From Coraliomargarita sp. (GTDB taxonomy: Bacteria > Verrucomicrobiota > Verrucomicrobiia > Opitutales > Coraliomargaritaceae), in NCBI GenBank assembly GCA_965216325.1, contig OZ244160.1, positions 576,001-640,000 of the forward strand: a stretch of 64,000 bases of DNA. Direction: 5' to 3'. Both the position numbers and the translations under genes were made by a program. Shown here piece after piece: positions 19,905 to 29,940 of this stretch. The notes beneath the pieces are model-generated. The model saw nothing but the letters and a program-made list of their open reading frames with translations, did not search any database and was not told the origin of the DNA. Position 1 is the stretch's first letter. Every line of letters begins with the position of its first letter.

Positions 19905-19980
19905 GTAGGGGCGTTGCTTGCGACGCCCGCCCGAGCCAAAGCCCTCTCTTCGTGAACGGGCTTCGCAAGCAAAGCCCCAC
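19905..19980. repeat. REPIN family D
   Basis: GTAGGGGCGTTGCTTGCGACGCCC ... GGGCTTCGCAAGCAAAGCCCCAC. Inverted sibling at 51817. Confidence 0.8.
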
Positions 19981-20070
19981 AATGATACGGATAGCCACGG
20001 TTATTATCGCCTTAAGTCAGGGCCATTCGAGGCATCGCTTTTTCACTATGTTATAGAAACTCTCTTTCCC

Positions 20071-20096
20071 AAAGCGGCCATTAGGCCGCTTTTTTT
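20071..20096 (+). terminator. Intrinsic terminator-like hairpin upstream of nifJ
   Basis: AAAGCGGCC-ATTA-GGCCGCTTTTTTT. Confidence 0.7.
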
Positions 20097-20211
20097 CTCT
20101 AGAGGCTGCCGTTGAGCTGCAGTAGGGCCTGGCATTTGAAAAGCGGAACTTTCCGGTTATTCTATGTTATTCCACTTGACCGGCTCATGTCTTTGTTTAG
20201 ATTTTCTAATT

Positions 20212-23200
20212 GTGAATAAGCGAGATATTAGCCCTGCTGCTTGTATGTCTGATGCAACCGAGGCGGTTGCATCGGTTGCCTACCGCGCCTCTGAAGTCAT
20301 TGCAATCTACCCCATTACTCCATCTTCGGGCATGGCCGAAGTTTGTGACGAGTGGGCCTCTGCCGCTCGCCCGAATATATGGTCGGATGTGCCTGAAGTT
20401 GTTCAACTCCAATCAGAAGCCGGTGTTGCGGGGGCCTTGCATGGCTCACTGCAGGCGGGTGCACTGGCCACGACCTTTACGGCATCGCAGGGGCTCTTGT
20501 TGATGATCCCCAATATGTATAAGATTGCGGGTGAATTGACCCCATTCTGTATGCATGTGAGTGCGCGTGCGCTGGCGACGCATGCATTATCGATTTTTGG
20601 CGATCACTCCGATGTGATGGCCTGCCGCCAGACTGGATTTGCGATGTTGGCATCCAATTCAGTGCAAGAGGCTCAGGACATGGCTTTGATTGCCCATGCC
20701 GCTACCTTGAAGACGCGTGTGCCGTTCCTTCATTTCTTCGATGGCTTCCGCACTTCGCACGAGATCAACAAGATCGAGCCACTGGACAACTCGGTGATTG
20801 AGGCGATGATTGCGCCTGAGGAAATTGCACGCATCCGGGCGAATAGCCTGTCGCCGGACCATCCGACGATACGTGGCACTGCACAAAACCCAGATGTGTT
20901 TTTTCAGGCACGTGAGGCAGTCAACCCATTTTACGATACCTGTGCGGATGATGTAGAAACTGCGATGAATCAGTTCGCAGAACTGACCGGACGCCAGTAT
21001 GCGCTCTACGAATACGCTGGGGCCGAGGATGCCGAGGAAGTCATCATTATCATGGGCTCCGGAGCAGAGACTGTGGAGCAAACCGCAGCTCATTTGAATG
21101 GCTCAGGCCGTAAGGTCGGTGTATTGAAGGTGCGCCTCTATCGTCCACTGGATTTGAAGCGCTTGATTGCAGCTTTGCCGAAAACCGTGCAACGCATTGC
21201 CGTGCTTGATCGTTGCAAAGAGGCGGGTGCTCTGGGTGAACCGCTGTTTTTGGATGTGGTCACTTCAATCGAAGAGGCACGTCAGACTGGACTGGTGGCC
21301 GATTCATTCTGCCCAACGATTGTTGGTGGTCGCTACGGCCTAGGCTCCAAGGAATTCACGCCGGCAATGGTCAAGGCGGTCTACGAAGAACTTGCTTCGG
21401 CGAAGCCGAAGCGTCGTTTCACCATTGGTATCGTCGACGATGTATCCGGTTTATCGCTACCGATTGATGATGCATTCGACATTGAGAATGAGGACGTGGT
21501 CCGTGCGGTGTTCTTTGGTCTCGGTTCGGATGGCACTGTGGGTGCCAATAAGAATTCCGTAAAGATCATTGGAGAGGGCACATCGAATTACGCTCAGGGC
21601 TATTTTGTTTATGACTCGAAGAAGTCGGGAGCGGTGACGATCTCGCACCTACGCTTTGGCCCACAGCCGATTCATGCTCCGTATTTGATTAAGAATGCCA
21701 GTTTTGTGGCCTGCCATCAATCGCAGTTTCTGGATCAATACGATGTGCTGGATTTAGCAGCACCGAATGGTGTCTTCCTATTAAATTCGATTTACGCAGC
21801 TGATTCAGTCTGGTCTGAGATGCCACGCACTATTCAGGAGGCGCTCATCGAGAAGCAACTCAAATTCTATGTGATCGATGCTTATCAGGTGGCACGCGAG
21901 GCCGGTATGGGCGGGCGGATTAATACCATCATGCAGACCTGCTTCTTCGCGATCTCAGGTGTCCTGCCAAAGGATGAGGCGATAGCCAAGATCAAGGAGG
22001 CGATTGAGAAGACCTATGGTAAAAAGGGCCCGGAGGTAGTGCAGAAGAATTTCGCGGCGGTTGACCATACGCTCGCAGCCTTGGCATTGGTTGAAGTGCC
22101 TGCCGAGGTGAGTTCTACCCGCGAGCGTCCACCTGTGGTTTCATCCGCAGCTCCCGACTATGTGCAGCGAGTCACTTCTGTGATGTTGGAAAATAAGGGC
22201 GACGCTCTGCCCGTGAGTGCTTTTCGTCCGGACGGTGTTTGGGATGTCGGCACTAGCAAGTGGGAGAAGCGCAATATCGCACAAGAGGTTCCGATCTGGG
22301 ATCCTGCTGTGTGTATCCAATGTAATAAGTGTGTTCAGGCCTGCCCGCACTCAGCGATCCGCTCGAATTTCTATGATCCGGTCGCGTTGGCGGGGGCACC
22401 TGAGGGCTTCCGTTCGGTCGATTTCAAGGTGCGTGACTTTAAGGGCTCGAAGTTTACCATTCAGGTGGCTCCTGAAGATTGCACGGGATGTTCGCTCTGC
22501 GTTGCGGTCTGTCCGGCGAAGAACCGTTCGAATCCACGTGAGAAGGCGATCAATATGCGTGAGCAAGCGCCTCTGCTGGATACGGAACGCGCGAATTATG
22601 AATTTTTCCTCGATCTGCCGCAGCCGGATCGCCGCGCTCTGAAGGACGATGTAAAATTCACGCAGTTTAAGGAGGCACTCTTCGAATATTCAGGTGCCTG
22701 TGCGGGCTGTGGTGAAACACCGTATATTAAGTTACTCACACAAATTTGTGGTGACCGCTTGCTGATGGCAAATGCCACCGGCTGCTCGTCGATCTACGGT
22801 GGTAATCTACCGACGACACCCTACACCTGTAATAGTGACGGTCGTGGCCCCGCGTGGGCCAACTCCTTGTTCGAGGACAATGCGGAATTCGGTCTCGGCA
22901 TGCAGGTTGCAGTTGAGAAGCAACAAGCCATTGCACTGGGTATGTTGCAGTCGCTCAGCAGTGAACTCGATGCGGATCTGGTGAAGCAACTGATTGAAGC
23001 TGACCAATCCGACGAAGCTGGGATCGCGGCGCAGCGCCAGCGTGTCGAGCAACTCAAAGTTGCTTTGCATGCGATCAACAGTTCGGCTGCGAAACGCCTG
23101 CTTGATGTGGCTGACTATCTGGTTGAGAAATCAGTCTGGATTGTCGGTGGCGACGGCTGGGCCTATGATATTGGCTTCGGTGGTGTCGATCATGTGCTTT

Positions 23201-23796
23201 CCTCTGGGCGCAATATCAATATCCTCGTGCTGGATACAGAGGTCTACTCCAACACCGGCGGTCAGCAAAGTAAGTCCACGCCGATTGGAGCGATCGCCAA
23301 GTTTGCCTCCGGTGGCAAGGCCGTTGGTAAGAAGGACCTCGGTCTCATTGCTATGAATTATGGCAATGTGTATGTGGCGAAGGTTGCGATGGGTGCCAAA
23401 GACACCCAGACGGTCAATGCGTTCTATGAAGCGATGCGCCATCCGGGCCCTTCCTTGATCATCGCTTATAGCCATTGTATTGCGCACGGTTATAATCTGT
23501 CCGCTGGATTCGAGCAGCAGAAGCTCGCGGTGAGCACTGGTGCATGGCCATTGTATCGCTACGACCCAAGCCGTGGCGAAGTTGGGGAGAATCCACTTAA
23601 GTTGGATTCGAAAGCGCCGAAGGAGCCGCTCTACACGTATACGGACAACGAGGCGCGCTTCCGTATGCTGAAACTGAAAGATCCTGAGCGCGCCAAGGAG
23701 CTGAAGCAGACCGCGCAGGACTTTGTTGACCAGCGCTATGCACTCTACGAGCGTCTCGCCAAACCCTACGAAAAGCCTGAACCCGACTCGGAATAA
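20212..23796 (+). CDS. nifJ: Pyruvate:ferredoxin/flavodoxin oxidoreductase
   Basis: IYPITPSS, two 4Fe-4S motifs (CIQCNKCVQACP, CTGCSLCVAVCP), GACAGCGE and GGDGW TPP motif. Start uncertain (GTG 20212 or ATG 20245). Confidence 0.96.
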   Translation: MNKRDISPAACMSDATEAVASVAYRASEVIAIYPITPSSGMAEVCDEWASAARPNIWSDVPEVVQLQSEAGVAGALHGSLQAGALATTFTASQGLLLMIPNMYKIAGELTPFCMHVSARALATHALSIFGDHSDVMACRQTGFAMLASNSVQEAQDMALIAHAATLKTRVPFLHFFDGFRTSHEINKIEPLDNSVIEAMIAPEEIARIRANSLSPDHPTIRGTAQNPDVFFQAREAVNPFYDTCADDVETAMNQFAELTGRQYALYEYAGAEDAEEVIIIMGSGAETVEQTAAHLNGSGRKVGVLKVRLYRPLDLKRLIAALPKTVQRIAVLDRCKEAGALGEPLFLDVVTSIEEARQTGLVADSFCPTIVGGRYGLGSKEFTPAMVKAVYEELASAKPKRRFTIGIVDDVSGLSLPIDDAFDIENEDVVRAVFFGLGSDGTVGANKNSVKIIGEGTSNYAQGYFVYDSKKSGAVTISHLRFGPQPIHAPYLIKNASFVACHQSQFLDQYDVLDLAAPNGVFLLNSIYAADSVWSEMPRTIQEALIEKQLKFYVIDAYQVAREAGMGGRINTIMQTCFFAISGVLPKDEAIAKIKEAIEKTYGKKGPEVVQKNFAAVDHTLAALALVEVPAEVSSTRERPPVVSSAAPDYVQRVTSVMLENKGDALPVSAFRPDGVWDVGTSKWEKRNIAQEVPIWDPAVCIQCNKCVQACPHSAIRSNFYDPVALAGAPEGFRSVDFKVRDFKGSKFTIQVAPEDCTGCSLCVAVCPAKNRSNPREKAINMREQAPLLDTERANYEFFLDLPQPDRRALKDDVKFTQFKEALFEYSGACAGCGETPYIKLLTQICGDRLLMANATGCSSIYGGNLPTTPYTCNSDGRGPAWANSLFEDNAEFGLGMQVAVEKQQAIALGMLQSLSSELDADLVKQLIEADQSDEAGIAAQRQRVEQLKVALHAINSSAAKRLLDVADYLVEKSVWIVGGDGWAYDIGFGGVDHVLSSGRNINILVLDTEVYSNTGGQQSKSTPIGAIAKFASGGKAVGKKDLGLIAMNYGNVYVAKVAMGAKDTQTVNAFYEAMRHPGPSLIIAYSHCIAHGYNLSAGFEQQKLAVSTGAWPLYRYDPSRGEVGENPLKLDSKAPKEPLYTYTDNEARFRMLKLKDPERAKELKQTAQDFVDQRYALYERLAKPYEKPEPDSE

Positions 23797-23830
23797 GCCT
23801 AAGATCTGACTTTAACCAATGAAGCAAAAC

Positions 23831-23930
23831 ACCACCCCGCCTGTTAGGCCCCCTCCTCATCAAGGAGGGGAGTCTTTTAGAAACTCCTCCCCTGCTAAGG
23901 GAGGTCATCCGCTTGTCGGATCGGAGGGAG
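23831..23930. repeat. CCCCTCC/GGAGGGG-type multi-hairpin repeat
   Basis: CCCCTCCTCATCAAGGAGGGG hairpin plus the segment shared with 19765-19854. Confidence 0.7.
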
Positions 23931-23962
23931 ATACACTAAAGCCATTCTGAGATACCATTGCC

Positions 23963-24958
23963 ATGCAGTTAGAAACCAATTACCTCGGCCAGAAGCTAAA
24001 GCATCCTTTGATCGTTGGCGCCTGCCCATTGTCTGACGACCTTGATAAGGTGCGCGCGTGCGAAGACGCCGGCGCGGCTGCCATCACCATGTATTCACTG
24101 TTCGAGGAACAGATCGTGCACAATACGGTTGGTGCTGAAGCGCATATCGATGCGTATGAGAATTCGTTCTCTGAGGCGGCATCGTATTTTCCGAATGTTG
24201 ATTTGTTCGATTTAGATGTGGATACCTATCTCGGCCAACTGCAGAAGGTGAAAGATGCGGTGGATATCCCGGTAATCGGTTCGCTCAACGGCACACGCGA
24301 AGGGGAGTGGGTGAACTATGCAAAGCTGATTGAGCAAGCAGGTGCCGATGCGCTGGAGTTGAATCTTTATTTTCTAGCGACTGACATTGATGAAAGTGCA
24401 TCTGACCTAGAGGACCGCTGCATTCGTATTGTTGAGTCGGTGAAGGACAAAATTCAGATTCCATTGGCGGTGAAATTGTCACCGTTCTTTACAGCACTCC
24501 CACAGTTCGCGACACGACTTGCAGTTGCCGGTGCTGACAGTCTGGTCTGTTTCAATCGCTTTTATCAGCCCGACATTGATACGGACGAGCTGACGATTGA
24601 GCCGCGCTTATTATTGTCCAACTCCACTGAGCTTCGACTGCGCTTGCGCTGGTTGTCGCTCTTGCGCGAGCGTGTGGACACGCAACTCTCTGTCTCAGGG
24701 GGTGTGCATACCGGAATCGATGCGGTCAAAGCAGTGATGGCTGGTGCGGATAGTGTTCAGCTGGTCTCAGCTCTATTGATGAATGGCCCCGATCATCTCG
24801 GCGATGTTCTCACTGAACTGAAGCAGTGGATGGAGGAGAAGGAATACCAAAGTATCGATGAACTGCGTGGCTGTATGAGCTACTTGCGTTGCCCTGATCC
24901 GGAAGCGTTGGAACGTGCGAACTACTTGCGGATTCTGAAGAGCTGGCGTTCGAATTAG
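23963..24958 (+). CDS. Dihydroorotate dehydrogenase-like flavoprotein (nifJ-associated)
   Basis: GADALELN, PLAVKLSP, FNRFYQPD and SGGVHTG..AVKAVMAGA FMN-barrel motifs. Confidence 0.88.
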   Translation: MQLETNYLGQKLKHPLIVGACPLSDDLDKVRACEDAGAAAITMYSLFEEQIVHNTVGAEAHIDAYENSFSEAASYFPNVDLFDLDVDTYLGQLQKVKDAVDIPVIGSLNGTREGEWVNYAKLIEQAGADALELNLYFLATDIDESASDLEDRCIRIVESVKDKIQIPLAVKLSPFFTALPQFATRLAVAGADSLVCFNRFYQPDIDTDELTIEPRLLLSNSTELRLRLRWLSLLRERVDTQLSVSGGVHTGIDAVKAVMAGADSVQLVSALLMNGPDHLGDVLTELKQWMEEKEYQSIDELRGCMSYLRCPDPEALERANYLRILKSWRSN

Positions 24959-24981
24959 CGTAGCTGAACTCTGAATACAGG

Positions 24982-25062
24982 GTAGGGATCGTTATTCTTA
25001 ACGATCCGTCTAGTTATAGAAGCCGTTCCGCCATTCGGCGCGTTAAGGATAACGCGCCCTAC
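24982..25062. repeat. REPIN family C between convergent genes
   Basis: GTAGGGATCGTTATTCTTAACGATCC ... GGCGCGTTAAGGATAACGCGCCCTAC. Confidence 0.8.
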
Positions 25063-25066
25063 CGCA

Positions 25067-26071
25067 TCATTTCTGCTTCTCCCTGAGCTGCTCCTCAAGG
25101 TTGACTAGGTCGCGTGGGAATTTGCTGCGGAAGCGCTTGGTTTTACCGGTTTCCGGATGGATGAAGCCAATTGTGGATGCGTGCAGTGCTTGACGCTTGC
25201 AGCCATAGGGTTGGCCACCTTTGCCTTCGGTTGCCTTGATGAAGTCCGGGTGGTAATGGCGGTCTCCCAGCAGTGGCACGCCGGCACGAGCGGCATGGAT
25301 ACGAAGTTGGTGCTTGAGTCCTGTTTGCAGGCGCAGACGAAGGCGGCTGATACTGTGCTGTTTACCATCCTTCGTTGGCCACGAAATTTCGTCGACCACT
25401 TCATAGCGGCTAACCGCTTCAGTCGCACCTTCGGTTGGCTCGTCGAACACAGCTTGATGCATTCCCTGGTCGTCGAGCTTGAACCAACTGCGCCAAGTGC
25501 CTTTTCGTTGTTCGAGATGACCGTCGCCAAGCGCCAGATATTCGCGTAAGAATGTGTGCTCGCGCACTTGCTTGACCAATTTCTCACGCGCTTGAGGATT
25601 CATTGCAAAGCAGAGCAGCCCGCTGGTATATTGATCGAGTCGATGGACGGGTAGAGGGGTGAGCTTTTTGCGGTTTACGCGGTTGCGGTCCAGTTCGGCC
25701 GAGCCTTTCCCTTGAAGGTAGTCGTCGAGTAACTTAAGCGCGGAGATTTGGTCTTTCTCGGGCAGGGGCACTGAGAGCAGGCCAGGCCCTTTGTTGACGA
25801 TCGCGAGTGAGCTGTCGATATATAGCAGATTCAGCTGGGCGTGGATGCGCGTCGGCATGCTCTTAAAGAAGATCTTCGCCGCAGGGTTGGGCTGGCCCAT
25901 GCTGAGGCGCTCGCCAGGATCTGTGAAACGCAGGTGATGCTTAAAAATGACTTCACCGTCGAGTTGGATGCGGCCTTTGGCGAACCACTCTTTTAGGCGC
26001 TTCTTCGGGCTGTCCGGGTATTGTTCGGCCAGCCACTCCAGCGCGGTCTTTTCTTCTGCGTTCTCAGTCAT
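25067..26071 (-). CDS. RluA-family pseudouridine synthase
   Basis: VNKGPGLLS, VHRLDQYTSG, TGLKHQLRIH, LLGDRHY and QALHA motifs. Confidence 0.92.
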   Translation of the reverse strand: MTENAEEKTALEWLAEQYPDSPKKRLKEWFAKGRIQLDGEVIFKHHLRFTDPGERLSMGQPNPAAKIFFKSMPTRIHAQLNLLYIDSSLAIVNKGPGLLSVPLPEKDQISALKLLDDYLQGKGSAELDRNRVNRKKLTPLPVHRLDQYTSGLLCFAMNPQAREKLVKQVREHTFLREYLALGDGHLEQRKGTWRSWFKLDDQGMHQAVFDEPTEGATEAVSRYEVVDEISWPTKDGKQHSISRLRLRLQTGLKHQLRIHAARAGVPLLGDRHYHPDFIKATEGKGGQPYGCKRQALHASTIGFIHPETGKTKRFRSKFPRDLVNLEEQLREKQK

Positions 26072-26146
26072 TGCACCGATCATCGGCGAGCAAATGGCTG
26101 AGTGCAATGCTACGCTTTAGCAATCGAGGTCGTGTGCGTCTTGTGT

Positions 26147-27256
26147 CTAGCCATTCGGTAGAATGCAGAACACATGTGGAATGTTTTGCACACTGTTACG
26201 CTGAAATTGCAGTTCGCCAGTTGCTTGGTCGATTGCGAAGACGGCGACGGTGTTGGAGTGGGCACCCGCTGCGAAGAGCCAACGCCCGCTGGCATCCAAG
26301 TTGATATTGCGTGGCCAACTGCCGCGAATGGGTTCGACTTCGATCACGCTCAGTTCACCGGTTTCCGGATTGGCTCGGTAAGCAGTGACACTGTCATGCC
26401 CGCGATTGGCGGTGTAGACGAACTGACCACTTGGATGTACGAGAATCTCGGAGGCGGAGTTGTAGGATTCTTGAGCTTTGCAGTGTTCGCTCAGGCTTGG
26501 AGTGGTGCTCTGTCGTTGGGTGGTTCCTGCCGCAGCATCATATTTGAAGGTGGTGACTGATAAACTGAGTTCGTTTAAGAGATAGATGAAGTTGCCATCT
26601 GCAGAGAATTTCATGTGGCGTGGTCCTGAGCCGGGCAAGGCGGGCACGACACCGTGCGGCTCGATGCCCGAGTTGGTCACATTGACTTTGTAAACGACGA
26701 TCTCGTCGCATCCTAAATCGGGCACGAAGGCAAAATGTCCGTCGGGCGAAAAGCCCACCCAGTGTGGATGGGGACGGTTTTGGCGTTTCGGGTCCACCTT
26801 GGATCCGCCGCGATGTTCTAGGAGTTGACTGCGCGGGCCGAGTTTGCCGTCAGCTTCGATTGGGAATACGGCGACGGAGCCACCGCCATATTGAGCGGTC
26901 AGGAGAAATTGGCCAGATGGATGCACCGCAATGTGGCAGCCAGCTCCGTCGCCGATTGGCTGAGAGTTCAGCGATTCCAGTGCCCCATCCTCTACTATTC
27001 GGTAAGCGACAACAGCGGGCTCTGGATCGGGAGTGGCAACCGCATAGAGTGTTTTACGGTCGGGGCTGAATGCGAGGAAGCCCGGCGCATTGACTTCGGT
27101 AGCGAGACGAATGTCGGTGAGCGTGCCTTTGATCGGGTCGAACTCGGCCTGATAAATACCTGCTGCCGACCTTCCTCCAGTGCCGAAATAGAGATCAAAC
27201 GCATGCAGCGGGAGGGTGTAAAAAAAGAGCAGAGTGAACATCCATGGTGTGCGCAT
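26147..27256 (-). CDS. 6-phosphogluconolactonase-like beta-propeller lactonase (signal peptide)
   Basis: AQYGGGSVAVFP, RQNRPHPH, PGSGPRH, NRGHDS and WPRN motifs. Confidence 0.88.
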   Translation of the reverse strand: MRTPWMFTLLFFYTLPLHAFDLYFGTGGRSAAGIYQAEFDPIKGTLTDIRLATEVNAPGFLAFSPDRKTLYAVATPDPEPAVVAYRIVEDGALESLNSQPIGDGAGCHIAVHPSGQFLLTAQYGGGSVAVFPIEADGKLGPRSQLLEHRGGSKVDPKRQNRPHPHWVGFSPDGHFAFVPDLGCDEIVVYKVNVTNSGIEPHGVVPALPGSGPRHMKFSADGNFIYLLNELSLSVTTFKYDAAAGTTQRQSTTPSLSEHCKAQESYNSASEILVHPSGQFVYTANRGHDSVTAYRANPETGELSVIEVEPIRGSWPRNINLDASGRWLFAAGAHSNTVAVFAIDQATGELQFQRNSVQNIPHVFCILPNG

Positions 27257-27304
27257 GGTCGCTCACTCTGCGGTGGTTGTGCTGGGATGCAATCGATTTG
27301 TCTT

Positions 27305-28564
27305 TTATGCAGCCTCGGTCATGTGGAGTTGCTTGAGCACTTCCTTGAGGGTCTCGCCCGAAGCAGGGAGATTGCCCAGCACACTGTCGTGGTGGCTGAG
27401 TAGCCACGAGGCCGTTGCGTCGGAGGCAACGATGTGGTGGTCCAGATCGAGGCGACGCTTCCATTCGCCTAAGCAGTCGGCGTTGTAAGCGGCGAGGCGG
27501 AATTGGCGCACTTCGTCGCTCGTGTCGGTGCTGAGATGATCGACTAGATCTGCGGCTTCGAGCATTCCGGCATTCATACTCATGATGCCGCCGGGGTGCG
27601 TCATGTGCGCCGAATCTCCGGCCAGCCAGATGCGGCCCTTACCGAAGTTCTCGGCTAAGCGGTGCTCGAAGTGCACCATCATACGCCAGTTGATCTGTTC
27701 GACACTGCCGTGGAACCAAGGAGCATGCTGATCCAACAGCTCACGAAGGTGCTTGCGATTAAGCTCGGGCAGGTCCGTGCGACCACGACTGTATTGACGG
27801 TGGTCTTTGTCGATCGAATCGGCGTCGGCTGAATTGCTGACTTGGAAGCTGAAACGGCAACGTCCTCCGGGTAATGGCCAGAAGATGTGGGTTTGCTCGT
27901 CGTCGATGATGATACGCATCTCCCCAGAGAGCATGGCGTCGGTTTTGAACTCAAATACAGCATAGTCTTCACTCGGGCTGTATTCGGGGAACTCGATGCC
28001 TGCGCTACGACGTGCATTGGAATCATGACCGTCGGCACCGATGATGTAGTTGGTCGAGTATTCGAAGATCTTGTCGACCTGCATGTCGATGTAGGCAACG
28101 GCATAACCGGTCATGCCTTCCATCAGGCGATCCACGGTTAAGTTCAGGCAGGTTTCCCGTTCTTCGATGATACGAGCGCGGTGGTTCCAGAGCGGTTTGC
28201 GACCTTTCTTGGCGAGTGTTTGAACCAGAATATTTTCGAGTTCGTCTTGGCCAATCACTGCGAGGAAGGGATACTTCACGGGCAATTGACTGTAGTCGAC
28301 CAGTGATTTCGGCTGGTCGGCCTCATAGATGGCGACCCGCTGGAGTTGAATGGATTTTTCCAGCACGGGCTCGACGATGCCGAGTTTGTCGAGCAGGGCT
28401 AGGGTTTCTGGGTGGAGTGCGAGCGCATAGCTATGAGTGTTGGTGCGTTGCTCGCGGTCGATTAGTACGTAGTCCATATCGCGATCGGTGAGTGCGTGGG
28501 CTGCGGTCAGTCCTACGGGGCCCGCCCCTAGAACCATGATGTCGGTTGTTTTCTTATTGAACAT
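27305..28564 (-). CDS. FAD-dependent monooxygenase-family protein
   Basis: VLGAGPVGL, IGADG..S..R and WLAGDSAH motifs. Confidence 0.85.
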   Translation of the reverse strand: MFNKKTTDIMVLGAGPVGLTAAHALTDRDMDYVLIDREQRTNTHSYALALHPETLALLDKLGIVEPVLEKSIQLQRVAIYEADQPKSLVDYSQLPVKYPFLAVIGQDELENILVQTLAKKGRKPLWNHRARIIEERETCLNLTVDRLMEGMTGYAVAYIDMQVDKIFEYSTNYIIGADGHDSNARRSAGIEFPEYSPSEDYAVFEFKTDAMLSGEMRIIIDDEQTHIFWPLPGGRCRFSFQVSNSADADSIDKDHRQYSRGRTDLPELNRKHLRELLDQHAPWFHGSVEQINWRMMVHFEHRLAENFGKGRIWLAGDSAHMTHPGGIMSMNAGMLEAADLVDHLSTDTSDEVRQFRLAAYNADCLGEWKRRLDLDHHIVASDATASWLLSHHDSVLGNLPASGETLKEVLKQLHMTEAA

Positions 28565-28811
28565 GACCTCTGTGTGTTGAAGTTGTGAAGTTGAGTGGCT
28601 GCATTGTTCGCTTTCGCGCTATCACTAGTGTATCCCATAAGTGCTTGAGGTCAAGGGTATTTGGCCTCCGTTGCAGGGCGGTGCACTGCTGGTTCGTCTG
28701 CAGCTACTGAGCCATTGAGCTGATCCAGACTACGGGTGAGTGCGCACTAGAGACTGAGGAAAGACGGAGAGACTCAGCACCGCAGACCGAGGCAGAAAAA
28801 ACGGAATTGTC

Positions 28812-29354
28812 TTGCCCGCTGAAACCTCGTTTCTTGGGCCTGTGCTACCCTACAAAAAGCTCTGTCTGCTACTTTATCTACTACCGCTCTACCTGCGTGC
28901 TGAGGTCGATTTGCAGGCTTTGCTGAAGAGTTATGTCGGCACATGGTCAGGCAAATACACGGTGCACTCGACTGCGACCGGGTTTACCGAAGCATTTGAA
29001 GTTCAACAGCAATACTGGCTTGAGGATGGTAAGTTGTATGGGGTCTCCGTGATGATCCGTGATGAAGGAATGCGGAGTGCGAATTCAGTGACTGTGCTCC
29101 ATGAAAATTATTATTATTCCGTGGTGAAACGCGCAGAGGTGGAAGAGGAATACCTGGGGGTGCCGAAGGACGGCGGCATTTTATGGGTGCCGCGTAATAT
29201 GGGCCGTGCCACGGATTACCAAATTCGCGAATGGGTGGAACAGTCCGATGGCACGCGTCGGCTGAAGACTGAAGGCTTTGATACCTATGTCTTCGCGGAG
29301 GGGATAGCGCACCTTGTGTATAAGGGCGAACTGCTAGAGGTGGAAGATCAATAG
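28812..29354 (+). CDS. Hypothetical secreted beta-barrel-like protein
   Basis: Open frame with a hydrophobic leader and YVGTWSG motif. Start uncertain. Confidence 0.6.
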   Translation: MPAETSFLGPVLPYKKLCLLLYLLPLYLRAEVDLQALLKSYVGTWSGKYTVHSTATGFTEAFEVQQQYWLEDGKLYGVSVMIRDEGMRSANSVTVLHENYYYSVVKRAEVEEEYLGVPKDGGILWVPRNMGRATDYQIREWVEQSDGTRRLKTEGFDTYVFAEGIAHLVYKGELLEVEDQ

Positions 29355-29456
29355 GCTTCGGTCGCCAGGGGGCAGTCGCTCAACTAGCCGATGTCTCGTG
29401 ACGACTGGTTAGGCCTTCTTGTAGTTCTTTAAGTCTTTTCATGACTTCCAAAGGTA

Positions 29457-29738
29457 TGATATGTCCTGAGAAAAATGGACATGGGATTCTCTTAAGTAGA
29501 GGATCACACCATGCAAAGACGACGATACACTGCCGAGTTTAAAAACGAGGCCGTAAAGATGCTATTAATCGAGGGGCTCTCCGTGAAGGAGGTCTCTGAA
29601 CAACTCGGGGTTCCTAAGGGGATGCTGTATGCCTGGAAGGCGAAGCACCTCGACGATCTGGAGGCACAGACTCCAGAAGGAGCTCAAAGCCCGAAGGCCT
29701 TGGCCGCAGAGAACGATCAGCTACGTAGGGCTTCCTGA
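29457..29738 (+). mobile_element. Truncated IS3-family element: left end plus partial orfA (29511-29738), no orfB
   Basis: TGATATGTCC..AAAAATGGACA IRL-like end. RRRYTAEFKNEAV..VSEQLGV..LYAW HTH. Cut in the leucine-zipper region. Confidence 0.85.
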
Positions 29739-29785
29739 AAAAGTTTAGGTTGGCATAGCGCCAGCGAGTTCACGCTGCAGTGCGA

Positions 29786-29940
29786 AACGTTTTAAAGGGA
29801 CAAACGTTTAAAAGGGACAGGCTAAAAGTAGCAGGTTGAGTTGCGTCTTATTCAGTAGTGGTTATGCTAACGTTTAAAAGGGACAGGCTAAAAGTAGCAG
29901 GTTGAGTTGCGTCTTATTCAGTAGTGGTTATGCTGTTTTT
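29786..29940 (+). mobile_element. Left end/origin of HUH element copy 2 with three tandem units
   Basis: Units start AACG at 29786 (17 nt), 29803 (66 nt) and 29869 (full leader). Confidence 0.88.

Noticed and set aside
29786..29940. CRISPR array interpretation of the tandem units
   Set aside because: The units are nested prefixes of one leader with no unique spacers, and no cas genes are present.
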